Assembly: GCA_026395895.1 (NCBI GenBank)
Contig: JAPLXV010000022.1
Coordinates: 1-52,934 of the forward strand
Direction: 5' to 3'
DNA length: 52,934 nucleotides
Source of the DNA: Candidatus Nomurabacteria bacterium
GTDB lineage: Bacteria; Patescibacteriota; Minisyncoccia; Phycocordibacterales; UBA9973
The notes under the pieces were generated by a model, which saw only the letters and a list, made by a program, of their open reading frames with translations, had not been told where the DNA came from and ran no database searches. The position numbers and the translations under genes are program-made. Numbering within the stretch: the first letter of the stretch is position 1; every line of letters starts with the position of its first letter. Below, in pieces: positions 40,383 through 50,203 of this stretch.

Positions 40383-40408
40383 AAAACTATTATAGCACTA
40401 TCAAAGAA

Positions 40409-42673
40409 TTATTTTATTTTGTTTAATTTATCGGGTCGATAATTTGGACACTTATTATTACTGCATCTTTCTCCTATGGTTTTTGTTCCTTCCATCATTA
40501 AAGAACCACATTTCTCGCATATTTTACCGGTAGGTTTAGCTTTGATGGCGAATTTGCAATCTGGATAATTTGAACAGGAATAAAAAATTCCAAATCGTCC
40601 ACGTCGTTCACTAATATCGCCTTTTTTACAAAGAGGACAAATAACTCCAGTCCTTTTTTTAGCTTCTTGAGCTTCGTCTTTTTTTATAAATTTACATTTT
40701 GGATAACGAGAGCAGGAAATAAAAGTTCCAGAACCGTCGCGTCTTTGGCGTACAATAAGTTTTCCTCCATATACTTTCTTCTTTTTTTCGCCTGCCTGCG
40801 CAGGCAGGCCACATTCTGGACACATTTCTCCAGTTTCTTTTGGACCTTCTAATTCTACGCCGTCCAATTTTAAAGCCCCATCGCAATCTGGATATCTGGA
40901 ACAAGAATAAAATTTACCTCCGCGAGAAAGTTTTATAATCATCTTACCTCCGCACTTTGGACACTTTATATTTTCTGGTGCATCGCCTAAATTGGTCGCT
41001 TTTTCTAATTTTTCTTTTGATTTCACATCTTTGGAAAATGGTCCATAGAAATCTTTTAAAGTTTTCTGATATTCACGTTCACCTCGAGAAATTTCATCTA
41101 GTTCGTCTTCCATTTCTGCGGTAAATGTATCAGAAATATAATTAGCAAAATGTTTTTCCAAAAAATCAGATACCACTTCACCAACATCAGTCGGGAAAAG
41201 AGTTTTGCCTTCTTTCTTAACGTATTCTCGATCTTCTAGAGTTTTCATAATAGAGGCATAAGTAGATGGTCTACCGATATCTCTAGCTTCAAGTTCTTTA
41301 ATCAAACCTGCTTCACTATATCTATTTGGCGGTTCGGTAAATTTTTCTTCTTTAATAAGATTTAGTAATTTTAATTTTTCTCCGACTTTTACTTCTGGTA
41401 ATTCTATATCTTCACCTACGCTATCTTTATATACTTTTAACCATCCAGAGAAAAGAACACGAGAACCAGTAGCAGAAAAATCAGGGAATTTAAATTCTGC
41501 GGAAGACCGGCTTCCGCGTACTGGCGGAAGCCGGTCTTCCGCAAGGACATTTGCGCTTATTTTTGTCTTTAATAATCTTGCATCTGTCATTTGGGATGAA
41601 ACAACCCGTTCCCAAATTAATTTGTAAAGTTTTTGTTGTTCATCGGTACCAGCTCCTAAATTTTCTATGTGAGTTGGACGAATAGCTTCATGCGCTTCTT
41701 GAGCATTTTTTGATTTAGCTTTATAAATTCTTGGTTGAGCATATTCTTTTCCGTATTTTTTTTCAATTAAAGAAACAATTTGCGTTTGAGCAGCTGCAGA
41801 TAAATTAGTACTGTCTGTTCGCATATAGGTAATATGTCCAGCTTCGTAAAGTTTTTGCGCTATTTGCATTGTTCTGGAAGGGGAATAACCAAGTCGTGAA
41901 CTGGCGGTTTGTTGTAAAGTAGAAGTAGTGAAAGGTGCGCGAGGAACTCGTTTTTGTTCTGATTCTTTTACATCTTTAACTAACCAATTTCCTTTTTTAC
42001 CTTCTTCAAGTATTTTTTCAACTAGTTTTTCGTCTCTTGGTTCCTCTGAACAATAAAGAGTTAATTTTCCCTTTTTAATTGTTTCAAAAAGACCCAATAG
42101 TTTCCAATATTTTTCCGGTACGAAAGCACGAATTTCTCTTTCCCGTTCCATTATAATACGAAGCGCAGGGGATTGAACTCGTCCAGCCGAAAGCCCATAA
42201 CGAACCTTTTTCCAAATGAGCCCAGAAAGATCATAACCAACTAGTCTATCAAGAACTCGTCTTGCTTCTTGAGCCCTTACAAGTTTCATGTCAATTTCTT
42301 CTGGATTTTTTAATGCTTCTTTTACTGCTTCTTCGGTTATTTCATAAAATCTAACTCTTTTGACTGGAGCTTTTGTTTTTTTTATTAATTCTTCAATATG
42401 CCAAGCAATCGCTTCTCCTTCGCGATCAGGGTCTGTAGCTAATATTATTTCGTCGGCTTTCTGGGCAAGATTTTGTAATTCATGTACAACTTTTTCTTTA
42501 CCTTTTGAAATTTCATATTTTGGTATAAATCCGCCTTCTATATCTATGGCTTCTTTATTTGATTTTGGCAAGTCGCGAATATGTCCAATAGAAGCACGCA
42601 CTGTGTATGCGCCTTCTAAATATTTTTCAATAGTCTTTGCTTTTGATGGTGATTCAACAATTAATAATTTCAT
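40409..42673 (-). CDS. topA: DNA topoisomerase I
   Basis: IVESPSKAKTI, ATDPDREGE, SAGRVQS, ITYMRTDS, C-terminal Zn ribbons. Confidence 0.97.
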   Translation of the reverse strand: MKLLIVESPSKAKTIEKYLEGAYTVRASIGHIRDLPKSNKEAIDIEGGFIPKYEISKGKEKVVHELQNLAQKADEIILATDPDREGEAIAWHIEELIKKTKAPVKRVRFYEITEEAVKEALKNPEEIDMKLVRAQEARRVLDRLVGYDLSGLIWKKVRYGLSAGRVQSPALRIIMEREREIRAFVPEKYWKLLGLFETIKKGKLTLYCSEEPRDEKLVEKILEEGKKGNWLVKDVKESEQKRVPRAPFTTSTLQQTASSRLGYSPSRTMQIAQKLYEAGHITYMRTDSTNLSAAAQTQIVSLIEKKYGKEYAQPRIYKAKSKNAQEAHEAIRPTHIENLGAGTDEQQKLYKLIWERVVSSQMTDARLLKTKISANVLAEDRLPPVRGSRSSAEFKFPDFSATGSRVLFSGWLKVYKDSVGEDIELPEVKVGEKLKLLNLIKEEKFTEPPNRYSEAGLIKELEARDIGRPSTYASIMKTLEDREYVKKEGKTLFPTDVGEVVSDFLEKHFANYISDTFTAEMEDELDEISRGEREYQKTLKDFYGPFSKDVKSKEKLEKATNLGDAPENIKCPKCGGKMIIKLSRGGKFYSCSRYPDCDGALKLDGVELEGPKETGEMCPECGLPAQAGEKKKKVYGGKLIVRQRRDGSGTFISCSRYPKCKFIKKDEAQEAKKRTGVICPLCKKGDISERRGRFGIFYSCSNYPDCKFAIKAKPTGKICEKCGSLMMEGTKTIGERCSNNKCPNYRPDKLNKIK
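40790..40809. repeat. In-frame perfect 20-bp palindrome in topA Zn ribbon
   Basis: gcctgcctgcgcaggcaggc; encodes GLPAQAG right after CPEC. Confidence 0.8.
41498..41543. repeat. In-frame palindromic doublet in topA (same unit as atpG 23751)
   Basis: Perfect 20-bp IR tgcggaagaccggcttccgc; encodes AEDRLPPVRGSRSSA. Confidence 0.92.
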
Positions 42674-42712
42674 TAAATACAAGTATTACACGAAAAGTAA
42701 TTTTTTTGCAAA

Positions 42713-43576
42713 TCAAGCTAATCTAATTTCTCCTAATTCTTCTTTAATTAATTCTTTTATTTCCATTATAGAAAGAACTGCATTTGCGTTTGGAATCGGC
42801 ATTTTCATGGCGCGAATCAAATCATCACGGGGCATTGGTTCGCGAAGTAGGGCCACTACTTTTTTTTCTTCAGGCGACAAGTCTAAAAATAATTTAGCTT
42901 GTTTTTCTTCGTCTTTTGGTTTTTCAAATCCCAAGGCCTCTAACACATCTTCTGCGCAAGTGACGGGTGTGGCACCTTGCTTGATTAATTTATTTGTTCC
43001 TTTTGAGTTTGAAGAAAAAATTGACCCAGGTACCACTAACAAATCTCTATTATATTCTGTGGTCAAACGTGCGGTAATAAGAGTACCAGATTTTTCTTCG
43101 GCTTCTATAATTAGTACTGCTTTTGAAATGCCGGCCATCAGGCGATTTCGCATCGGAAAACTCCACTGAGTAGCTTTGAAGTCAGGCTCAAATTCGGAGA
43201 TTAAACATCCTCCACTTTCCACTACTTCTCTGATTAATCTCACATTTGTTTTTGGGTAGATTGCTTCATCGGAAAGTCCTGAACCAGGAAATACCACAGT
43301 AATAAGTCCGGTTTGCATTGCTTTTTTGTGAGCGATAGTATCTATGCCCATAGCAAAACCAGAAACTATTACAATGGGATATCCTTTTAATCCGGCAATT
43401 ATTTTTTCGCAAGTTTCTTTTCCATACGAGGTGAATTTACGAGAGCCTACTACACATAAATAAATTAGGTTTTTTTCTTTAGGCAATTCTCCAATAATCC
43501 AAAGATCCTCGGGTGGCTGAGGAATCTCTAAAAGGGCAGGAGGGAATTCTTTTTTGGGCAATTTTTTGATTTCCAT
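42713..43576 (-). CDS. dprA: DNA-processing protein DprA
   Basis: VVGSR..T.YG, VSG.A.GID..AH, FPMRNR, EAEEKSGTLITA; adjacent to topA. Confidence 0.95.
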   Translation of the reverse strand: MEIKKLPKKEFPPALLEIPQPPEDLWIIGELPKEKNLIYLCVVGSRKFTSYGKETCEKIIAGLKGYPIVIVSGFAMGIDTIAHKKAMQTGLITVVFPGSGLSDEAIYPKTNVRLIREVVESGGCLISEFEPDFKATQWSFPMRNRLMAGISKAVLIIEAEEKSGTLITARLTTEYNRDLLVVPGSIFSSNSKGTNKLIKQGATPVTCAEDVLEALGFEKPKDEEKQAKLFLDLSPEEKKVVALLREPMPRDDLIRAMKMPIPNANAVLSIMEIKELIKEELGEIRLA

Positions 43577-43599
43577 AGCTAATAGTATATAATATAAAT

Positions 43600-44865
43600 A
43601 TGTTAGACATCAAATTTATTCGTGAAAACAAAGAAATAGTGCAAGCAGGGGCTAAGAAAAAATTGATAGAAATCGATATTGCAAAATTGATAGAACTTGA
43701 CGACGAACGCTTGAAAGAACTTAAAGAAGTGGAAGATCTTCGAAGCGAGGTAAATAAAGTCTCGAATAGTATTGTTGCCGAAAAAGATCCTAACAAAAGA
43801 AATCAAGCAATAGAAGAGATGCGCGCAGTGAAAGAAGATATCAAAGCAAAAGAAGAAAAATTGAAAACAATAATGGATGAGTGGCAAAAGATGATGTTGC
43901 AAGTGCCAAACGTTCCGGATATGACTGTGCCAAAAGGAAAAGGAGAAGAAGATAATAAAGAAATATTAACTTGGGGAGAAAAGCCTAAGTTTGATTTTAT
44001 ACCCAAAGATCATGTTGAATTGATGATAAAACTTAATATGGTTGATTTTGAAAGAGGGGTAAAAGTTCATGGTTTTAGAGGATATTTTTTACAAAATGAT
44101 GGAGCAGAACTTTCTTGGGCAGTTTGGAATTATGCGCGTGAGTTTTTTAGTAAAAAAAATTTCAAAACTTTTATCGCTCCATCAATTGTACGAAAACAAA
44201 ATTTATTCGGTACCGGACATTTACCGGGAGGAGCAGAAGATATTTATCAAACTCAAGACGGAGATTATTTAGCTGGTACTGCCGAAGTGCCTATGATGGG
44301 TTACCATAGTAACGAAATTATTCCGAAAGAAGAATTGCCGAAACGTTATTTGGCCTTTTCTCCATGTTATAGGAGAGAAGCAGGTGCGCATGGAAAAGAT
44401 GTTAAAGGATTAATTAGAGTGCAAGAATTCTTTAAACTTGAACAATTAATACTTTGTGAAGCTAATCATGAAGAATCAGTTAAATTTCATGAAGAAATAA
44501 ATAGAAATTACGAAGAATTTCTTGAATCGCTTGGTATTCCTTATCGTCGTTTGGAAATCTGTACTGGCGACTTAAAAGCTGCGCATGTAAAGAGTTATGA
44601 CACAGAAGCTTGGATTCCATCACAAAATCAATACCGAGAGCTTTCTAGTGCATCATATTATCACGATTTTCAAACAAGACGTTTTGGTATTCGCTATAAG
44701 GACAAAGAAGGTAAATTACGTTTTGCACACTCCCTGAATTCTACCGCAGCAGCTACACCAAGAATATTAGTGGCTATAGTAGAAAACTATCAACAAGCAG
44801 ATGGTTCAGTAAAAATCCCTGAAGTATTAAAGAAATATATGGGTGGGAAAGATTTGATAAAATAA
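43600..44865 (+). CDS. serS: Serine--tRNA ligase
   Basis: MLDIKFIR, GTAEVP, CYRREAG, GLIRV.EF.K.E, ELSSAS, ENYQ. Confidence 0.97.
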   Translation: MLDIKFIRENKEIVQAGAKKKLIEIDIAKLIELDDERLKELKEVEDLRSEVNKVSNSIVAEKDPNKRNQAIEEMRAVKEDIKAKEEKLKTIMDEWQKMMLQVPNVPDMTVPKGKGEEDNKEILTWGEKPKFDFIPKDHVELMIKLNMVDFERGVKVHGFRGYFLQNDGAELSWAVWNYAREFFSKKNFKTFIAPSIVRKQNLFGTGHLPGGAEDIYQTQDGDYLAGTAEVPMMGYHSNEIIPKEELPKRYLAFSPCYRREAGAHGKDVKGLIRVQEFFKLEQLILCEANHEESVKFHEEINRNYEEFLESLGIPYRRLEICTGDLKAAHVKSYDTEAWIPSQNQYRELSSASYYHDFQTRRFGIRYKDKEGKLRFAHSLNSTAAATPRILVAIVENYQQADGSVKIPEVLKKYMGGKDLIK

Positions 44866-44871
44866 TATGAT

Positions 44872-45714
44872 ATGAAAAATCGAAGTGTTTTAAATTCTCC
44901 GCGTCTTTTGGAACTAAAAAAGAAAAAACACAAAATCTTAAGAAGAAAGATATTTTTTTTAATTTGTTTTTTTATTTTAATCTTGGTTGGTTTATCTTTT
45001 CTTTCCAAATGGGAATATATCAATATAAATAATATTCAGATTACCGGCAACAAAGTGATAGAGACGAAAATGATTGAAAGTGTTATCAAAGAAAAAATCA
45101 CTGGCAATTATCTTTGGTTTTTTCCAAAAACAAATTTTTTACTTTATCCCAGAGGGGAGATAAAAAGAGAATTGGCTGATAAATTTAAAAGACTGAAAGA
45201 TATTTCTTTGAACGTTCAAAACTTTAAAACTTTAAATATTTCTTTAACAGAAAGAACAGCTCTATATACATATTGTGGTCTTGCTCCGGCAGAATTAGAT
45301 GCAAGTAATCAAAAATGCTATTTTATGGATGATGGTGGTTATATTTTTGATGAGGCTCCATATTTTTCTGGAGAAGTATATTTGAAATTTTATGGCAAAT
45401 CTGATTCCTATTTCTTTCAGCCAAATTTTTCTAAATTAATCTCATTTAAAGAAACATTACAAAAAATTGGTGTGAAGCCAGTTGTATTTTTTGTGGAGGA
45501 CAATGGAGATATGAAAGTATTTTTATCTTCCACCACCTCTCAATTAGGTCCATTTATTAACTTAAAAGCGGATGCTGATTTCAATCAGATAGTAGAAAAT
45601 TTACAATCTGTATTAACTACAGAACCTTTAAAAACAGAATTTAAGACAAAATATTCTTCGCTTCTTTATATTGACCTCCGCTTCGGGAATAAGGTATATT
45701 ATAAATTTAGATAG
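44872..45714 (+). CDS. FtsQ/DivIB-like cell division protein
   Basis: Basic N-terminus, single TM, POTRA-like I.I.GN, C-terminal YIDLRFGNKVY. Confidence 0.75.
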   Translation: MKNRSVLNSPRLLELKKKKHKILRRKIFFLICFFILILVGLSFLSKWEYININNIQITGNKVIETKMIESVIKEKITGNYLWFFPKTNFLLYPRGEIKRELADKFKRLKDISLNVQNFKTLNISLTERTALYTYCGLAPAELDASNQKCYFMDDGGYIFDEAPYFSGEVYLKFYGKSDSYFFQPNFSKLISFKETLQKIGVKPVVFFVEDNGDMKVFLSSTTSQLGPFINLKADADFNQIVENLQSVLTTEPLKTEFKTKYSSLLYIDLRFGNKVYYKFR

Positions 45715-45718
45715 AGAT

Positions 45719-45865
45719 AACCCCCTAAATCCCCCTTGTCAGGGGGACTCTACCTCACCCCAATCTGCTTGTTAGCAGATTTTCCCCTCTCCAGAATTAA
45801 AAATTTTGGAGAGGGGTTAGGGGTGAGGTGTTCCTCCCCTGACAAGGGGAGGCTAGGGAGGGGTT
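45719..45865. repeat. Composite nested REP-like element
   Basis: Outer inverted pair ccccttgtcagggg / cccctgacaagggg; inner acctcacccc/ggggtgaggt enclosing two further hairpins. Confidence 0.88.
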
Positions 45866-45877
45866 GTATTAAAAATT

Positions 45878-46957
45878 ATGCAAAATTTCTGGAAAAAATT
45901 AAAGAAACCATTTTTCTGTTTAGCGCCGATGTCGGACGTTACTGATATTGCTTTTCGTCGCATCTTAGCGAAATACAGCAAAAATAGAGAGAACAAAGAC
46001 AGGGTTGTTTTTTGGACAGAATTTGTGGCCACTGATGGTTTATGTAATAAACTGGCCAAGAAAAAACTTTCCCATATATTAAAATACTCCGAAGCCGAAA
46101 GGCCAATCGTGGCTCAAGTTTTTGGCGCCAATCCTGAAAACATGAAAAAGGCTTGTAGTTATATTGCCAGTCTAGGTTTTGATGGCATAGATATAAATAT
46201 GGGTTGTCCTGATAAATCAGTGGTTGCTCAAGGAGCTGGGTCAGCACTGATAAAAACTCCGCAACTTGCCAGAAAAATTATACAAGCGGCTCATGTGGGA
46301 ATAAAATCAGCAGGAACGCATATTCCAGTGTCAGTTAAAACAAGAGTTGGTTTTTCTAAAGAAGAAATAGATACTTGGATACCAGAATTATTAAAAGAAG
46401 ATATTTCCGCTTTGACGATTCATTTGCGTACTGCTAAAGAATTGTCGCTCGTTCCAGCAAATTGGAATTATATTAAAAAAATAAAAGAACTTATAAAAAA
46501 AAGTGGAAAAGATATATTGCTCATTGGTAATGGTGATGTCGCAGATATTGATGACGCTAGGAAGAAGTATAAAGATTTCGGTTGTGATGGAATAATGATA
46601 GGTAGGGGAGTTTTTGGGAATCCATTTTTCTTTGCATTTCAAAAGCCAGGCTTTAGGAATTTAGAAAAGCCTGGCTTTGGAAAACAAAAAAATTTAGACC
46701 CCTCCTCAATCCTCCCCTTCGCAGGGGAGGAAGTAAAAGAAAAGTTAGAAATTCTCATAGAACACACCCAACTTTTTGATAAAGAACTTGCAAAACCTAA
46801 ACATAAAAGTTTTGCTGTAATGAAAAAACATTTCAAAGCGTATGTAAATGATTTTCCGGGGGCAAAAGAATTACGCGCAAAGTTAATGGGAACAGAAAAT
46901 TCAAAAGAAGTGGAAAAGATAATACGAAGTTTCCTGAAATTGACAAACTCTGATTAG
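45878..46957 (+). CDS. tRNA-dihydrouridine synthase
   Basis: LAPM, DINMGCP, GAGSAL, VSVKTR, IHLRT, GNGDV, MIGRG. Confidence 0.93.
   Translation: MQNFWKKLKKPFFCLAPMSDVTDIAFRRILAKYSKNRENKDRVVFWTEFVATDGLCNKLAKKKLSHILKYSEAERPIVAQVFGANPENMKKACSYIASLGFDGIDINMGCPDKSVVAQGAGSALIKTPQLARKIIQAAHVGIKSAGTHIPVSVKTRVGFSKEEIDTWIPELLKEDISALTIHLRTAKELSLVPANWNYIKKIKELIKKSGKDILLIGNGDVADIDDARKKYKDFGCDGIMIGRGVFGNPFFFAFQKPGFRNLEKPGFGKQKNLDPSSILPFAGEEVKEKLEILIEHTQLFDKELAKPKHKSFAVMKKHFKAYVNDFPGAKELRAKLMGTENSKEVEKIIRSFLKLTNSD
46642..46731. repeat. Two adjacent in-frame palindromic elements in dus
   Basis: aaagccaggcttt-11 nt-aaagcctggcttt, then tcctcccct-tcgc-aggggagga; encode KPGFRNLEKPGF and PSSILPFAGEE. Confidence 0.85.
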
Positions 46958-47009
46958 AAGTGTTAGAGTGATAAAAACAGCCATTCATTCATAATTTAAA
47001 GGAGTCAAT

Positions 47010-47333
47010 ATGAAAAAGATTATTATATTTACTTTTTCATCAAGAAAAATAATTCTTTCTGGAAAATTATTTGATATTGGGGTAAATTTAGACTCAGTAT
47101 TAATACTTTCAGATAAAGAAAACCTTGGGGATATATTAAGAGAAACTCGACCTAAAATAATTTTGGTCGACGGAGAATTACCCAATGATCTATTTCTTGA
47201 TTGCATCGATATTGCGGAAAAATCAATTTCTGACTTTGATATGGATACAAAACTCTGTGTCTTTGAAAGAGATCGAAAAACTCCAGGAACAATTTTTATC
47301 ACAGGACTTATAGATTTAAAAAATATTGTTTAA
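47010..47333 (+). CDS. Hypothetical protein (possible degenerate receiver-like fold)
   Basis: P.IILVDG.LP resembles a receiver beta3 loop; TTGACA promoter, AAGGAG SD and terminator. Confidence 0.6.
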   Translation: MKKIIIFTFSSRKIILSGKLFDIGVNLDSVLILSDKENLGDILRETRPKIILVDGELPNDLFLDCIDIAEKSISDFDMDTKLCVFERDRKTPGTIFITGLIDLKNIV

Positions 47334-47350
47334 ATTTATAAGCCAAAATT

Positions 47351-47379
47351 AAAAAGCCCTAATAAACAGGGCTTTTTTT
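47351..47379 (+). terminator. Intrinsic terminator
   Basis: aaaaagccct-aataaac-agggcttttttt. Confidence 0.8.
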
Positions 47380-47407
47380 ATTTTAATTTTTCTGTATAAT
47401 AATGTGT

Positions 47408-48463
47408 ATGCACGATTTGGCATTATATAGAAAATACAGACCTAAAAACTTTAGCGAAGTAAGAGGACAAGACCATATTGTGAAAGTCTTGGAAAGCTCA
47501 GTGGAGACCAATAAAGTTTCGCATGCTTATCTTTTTGTGGGTTCTAGGGGTACAGGTAAAACGTCTGTAGCTCGTATTTTCGCTAAGGAAATCGGGGTCT
47601 CAGAGAATGACCTTTATGAGATAGATGCCGCCTCTAATAGAGGTATAGAAGACATTAGAGCCCTTCGGGACGGCGCTAGAGTCCTTCCTTTTGATTCAAA
47701 ATACAAAGTTTACATAATAGACGAGGTTCATATGCTTTCTAAAGATGCTTGGGGTGCATTGTTGAAGACCTTGGAAGAGCCTCCCAAACATGTCATTTTT
47801 ATTCTGGCTACGACAGAAGTGCACAAAGTTCCAGAAACGATAGTCTCTCGTTGTCAGGTTTTTGTTTTTAGAAAAGCTTCTGATTTGGCTTCTAAAAATA
47901 TGATTCTAGAGGTTGCTAAAAAAGAAGGTTTTGAATTAAATGCTGGTTCAGCAGAGTTGATGGCGATTTTAGGAGATGGTTCATTTCGTGATGCTTTAGG
48001 TACATTACAGAAAGTTTTAAATTTCTCTGTTGATAAAAAAGGAAAAAAAATAAGTAAAATAACCAGAGAAGATGTAGAAAAAATAACTGGCGCACCGAAA
48101 ACACTTTTAGTAAATGACTTTATTTCTGCTATTGCTGAGAAAAATTTAGAAAATGGAATCACAACTGTTCGTAAAGCTGCAGCTGAAAGTATGGATATGA
48201 AACTTTATTTGAAATTAATTATAGAAAAATTTCGAGTAGCGGTGATTTTAAAATATGCTCCGAAATTAGAAAAAGAAATGGTAGGGGATTTAGGCGAAGA
48301 AGATTTAGAATTTTTAAAAGGATTAGTAAAAGAAGATAAAGAAGGGCTCCTTCGTTCAAAAGCTCTATCAATCCTTCTTGAAGCTTACAGCGATATTGAC
48401 CGTGCCTTTGTCTCCGAACTTCCACTCGAACTTGCACTAGTCAAAATTCTTTCAAAAGAGTAA
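47408..48463 (+). CDS. dnaX: DNA polymerase III gamma/tau subunit (short)
   Basis: LYRKYRP..F, G.RGTGKT, EIDAASN, IIDEVHML, LLKTLEEPP, SRC. Confidence 0.95.
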   Translation: MHDLALYRKYRPKNFSEVRGQDHIVKVLESSVETNKVSHAYLFVGSRGTGKTSVARIFAKEIGVSENDLYEIDAASNRGIEDIRALRDGARVLPFDSKYKVYIIDEVHMLSKDAWGALLKTLEEPPKHVIFILATTEVHKVPETIVSRCQVFVFRKASDLASKNMILEVAKKEGFELNAGSAELMAILGDGSFRDALGTLQKVLNFSVDKKGKKISKITREDVEKITGAPKTLLVNDFISAIAEKNLENGITTVRKAAAESMDMKLYLKLIIEKFRVAVILKYAPKLEKEMVGDLGEEDLEFLKGLVKEDKEGLLRSKALSILLEAYSDIDRAFVSELPLELALVKILSKE

Positions 48464-48467
48464 TTGC

Positions 48468-49301
48468 TTATTTTATTGTTTTAGCTACTTTTAAGATATT
48501 GCGAAAAAGCATGGCTATGGTCATTGGACCCACGCCTCCTGGCACAGGTGAGACAAAACCAGCTACATCTTTTACTGATTCTAAATCTACATCGCCCACG
48601 ATCCCAGAATTTAATTCAGAAGTTCCAGCGTCTATAATTATTACCCCATTTTTTATCATATTACCTTTTATATATTGTCCCTTTCCCATTCCTGAAATTA
48701 TGACATCAGCTTTTTTTAATATTTCTTCTTTGTTTTCTGTTTGGCTAGAAATAATTTCTGGAGTTAAGCCACGAAGATGAAGTAGGGCAGAAACTGGTTT
48801 ACCTACTAATTTTCCTTGGCCTAAAACAACTATTTTTTTATCTTTCAAACTTAAGTTAATAGAATCTAAAAGAAAAATACAAGCAAGAGCAGCTGGAAAA
48901 CCTAAAGATAAATCTCCATTATAAAATTTTTCACTTGTAATAGTATTTAAACAATCTACATCTAAACGTGAATCTACTGCATTTAAAATTTTGTCTTGAT
49001 CTAAGTTTTCTGGCAGTGGGAGTTGAACAATAATCCCACACATATTTGGAATTTTATTTAAAACTTCTATTTCTTTCACTAAGTTTTCTGTGGTTATATT
49101 GGAAGGGAAGAAGGCTTCATGAAAATGAATTCCTATTTCTTCAGCTGTATGTTTTTTCATATTTACATACTGACGAGAAATAGAGTTATCTCCAACTAGG
49201 ACATCACAAAAAACTGGTTGAAAAGACAAAGAATTTATTTCCTTTTTTATTTCATCCAGAATTTCTTTACTTATTTTTCTTCCGTCAATTATTGTTGTCA
49301 T
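48468..49301 (-). CDS. folD: Methylene-THF dehydrogenase/cyclohydrolase
   Basis: IDGR, YV..K, GIIVQLPLP, DVD, VG.P, PVPGGVGPMT. Confidence 0.94.
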   Translation of the reverse strand: MTTIIDGRKISKEILDEIKKEINSLSFQPVFCDVLVGDNSISRQYVNMKKHTAEEIGIHFHEAFFPSNITTENLVKEIEVLNKIPNMCGIIVQLPLPENLDQDKILNAVDSRLDVDCLNTITSEKFYNGDLSLGFPAALACIFLLDSINLSLKDKKIVVLGQGKLVGKPVSALLHLRGLTPEIISSQTENKEEILKKADVIISGMGKGQYIKGNMIKNGVIIIDAGTSELNSGIVGDVDLESVKDVAGFVSPVPGGVGPMTIAMLFRNILKVAKTIK

Positions 49302-49396
49302 TGATCTTTATAATACCATATTATCCCCACTTTTAAAATTTGCATAAATAGTTGTGTAAAACATAGATAAGGTGTTATAATACCAATGTCCTACCT

Positions 49397-50092
49397 ATGA
49401 TTGAAAAAAGAGAAGAAAAAGAAAAAGCTATAAATTTACGCAAACAGGGGAAAACTTATTCCGAGATTTTGTCTGTTGTTCCTGTTGCCAAATCAACTTT
49501 AGCTATTTGGCTACAATCTGTAAGTCTAGGTAAAAAACAAAAACAAGTATATACCCTAACAAGAAGATTAGCATCTCTTCGTGGTGGAGAAGCAAAGAAA
49601 AAACAAAGGATAACTAAACAAAATGAGATATTTTTAAAATCTAAAACAGAGATTGAAAGCATTTCTCAAAAAGAATTATTCCTAATAGGGATAATTTTAT
49701 ATTGGGCAGAAGGTGCAAAAGAAAAAGAATACAGACCAGGGTCTCAATTTGAATTTTCTAACATGGACCCAAAAATGATACAGCTTATGATAGTTTGGCT
49801 CTTAAAAATGTGCAAAATTAACAAAAATATGATAATCTTCAATATATTTCTTCACCAGAGCCACAAAGACAGAGTAGAAGAAGTAAGGGGATTTTGGTCT
49901 AAAATTACTGGTTTTCCTATAAATAGTTTTTCTGCTGTTTATTGGAAAAGAAATAAATTGACGACCAATCGTAAAAATACTAATGAAAAATATCATGGAG
50001 TATTAAAAATCAAAGTTAGAACAAGTTCTAGTTTAGTTAGAAAAATAGCAGGTTGGTCAGAAGGTATTTTTGAAAAAGTAGTAAAGAAATAG
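49397..50092 (+). CDS. HTH + LAGLIDADG-like domain protein, tRNA-adjacent
   Basis: N-terminal HTH (A..LR..G.TY.EI...V.VAKSTL..W), GIILYWAEG.K helix, F.NMDP; ends 5 nt before tRNA-Gln. Confidence 0.6.
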   Translation: MIEKREEKEKAINLRKQGKTYSEILSVVPVAKSTLAIWLQSVSLGKKQKQVYTLTRRLASLRGGEAKKKQRITKQNEIFLKSKTEIESISQKELFLIGIILYWAEGAKEKEYRPGSQFEFSNMDPKMIQLMIVWLLKMCKINKNMIIFNIFLHQSHKDRVEEVRGFWSKITGFPINSFSAVYWKRNKLTTNRKNTNEKYHGVLKIKVRTSSSLVRKIAGWSEGIFEKVVKK

Positions 50093-50097
50093 TATAT

Positions 50098-50168
50098 TTG
50101 GGGATCGTCTAACGGTAGGACTTCTCCCTTTGAAGGAGAAAATTTTGGTTCGAGTCCAAATCCCCAAG
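50098..50168 (+). tRNA. tRNA-Gln(TTG)
   Basis: Acceptor ttgggga/tccccaa, anticodon arm tctcc-ctTTGaa-ggaga, T arm tttgg-ttcgagt-ccaaa. Confidence 0.92.
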
Positions 50169-50203
50169 CTAGTGATATTTTATAAAGATGATATAATTAA
50201 AAC

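Noticed and set aside
42360-43169. 269-aa plus-strand ORF and the many other antisense ORFs in the track
   Set aside because: Shadow frames of well-supported genes (topA/dprA and others) with no motifs or start signals.
45736-45945. 69-aa ORF over the composite repeat
   Set aside because: It is a translation of the palindromic element and overlaps the dus start.
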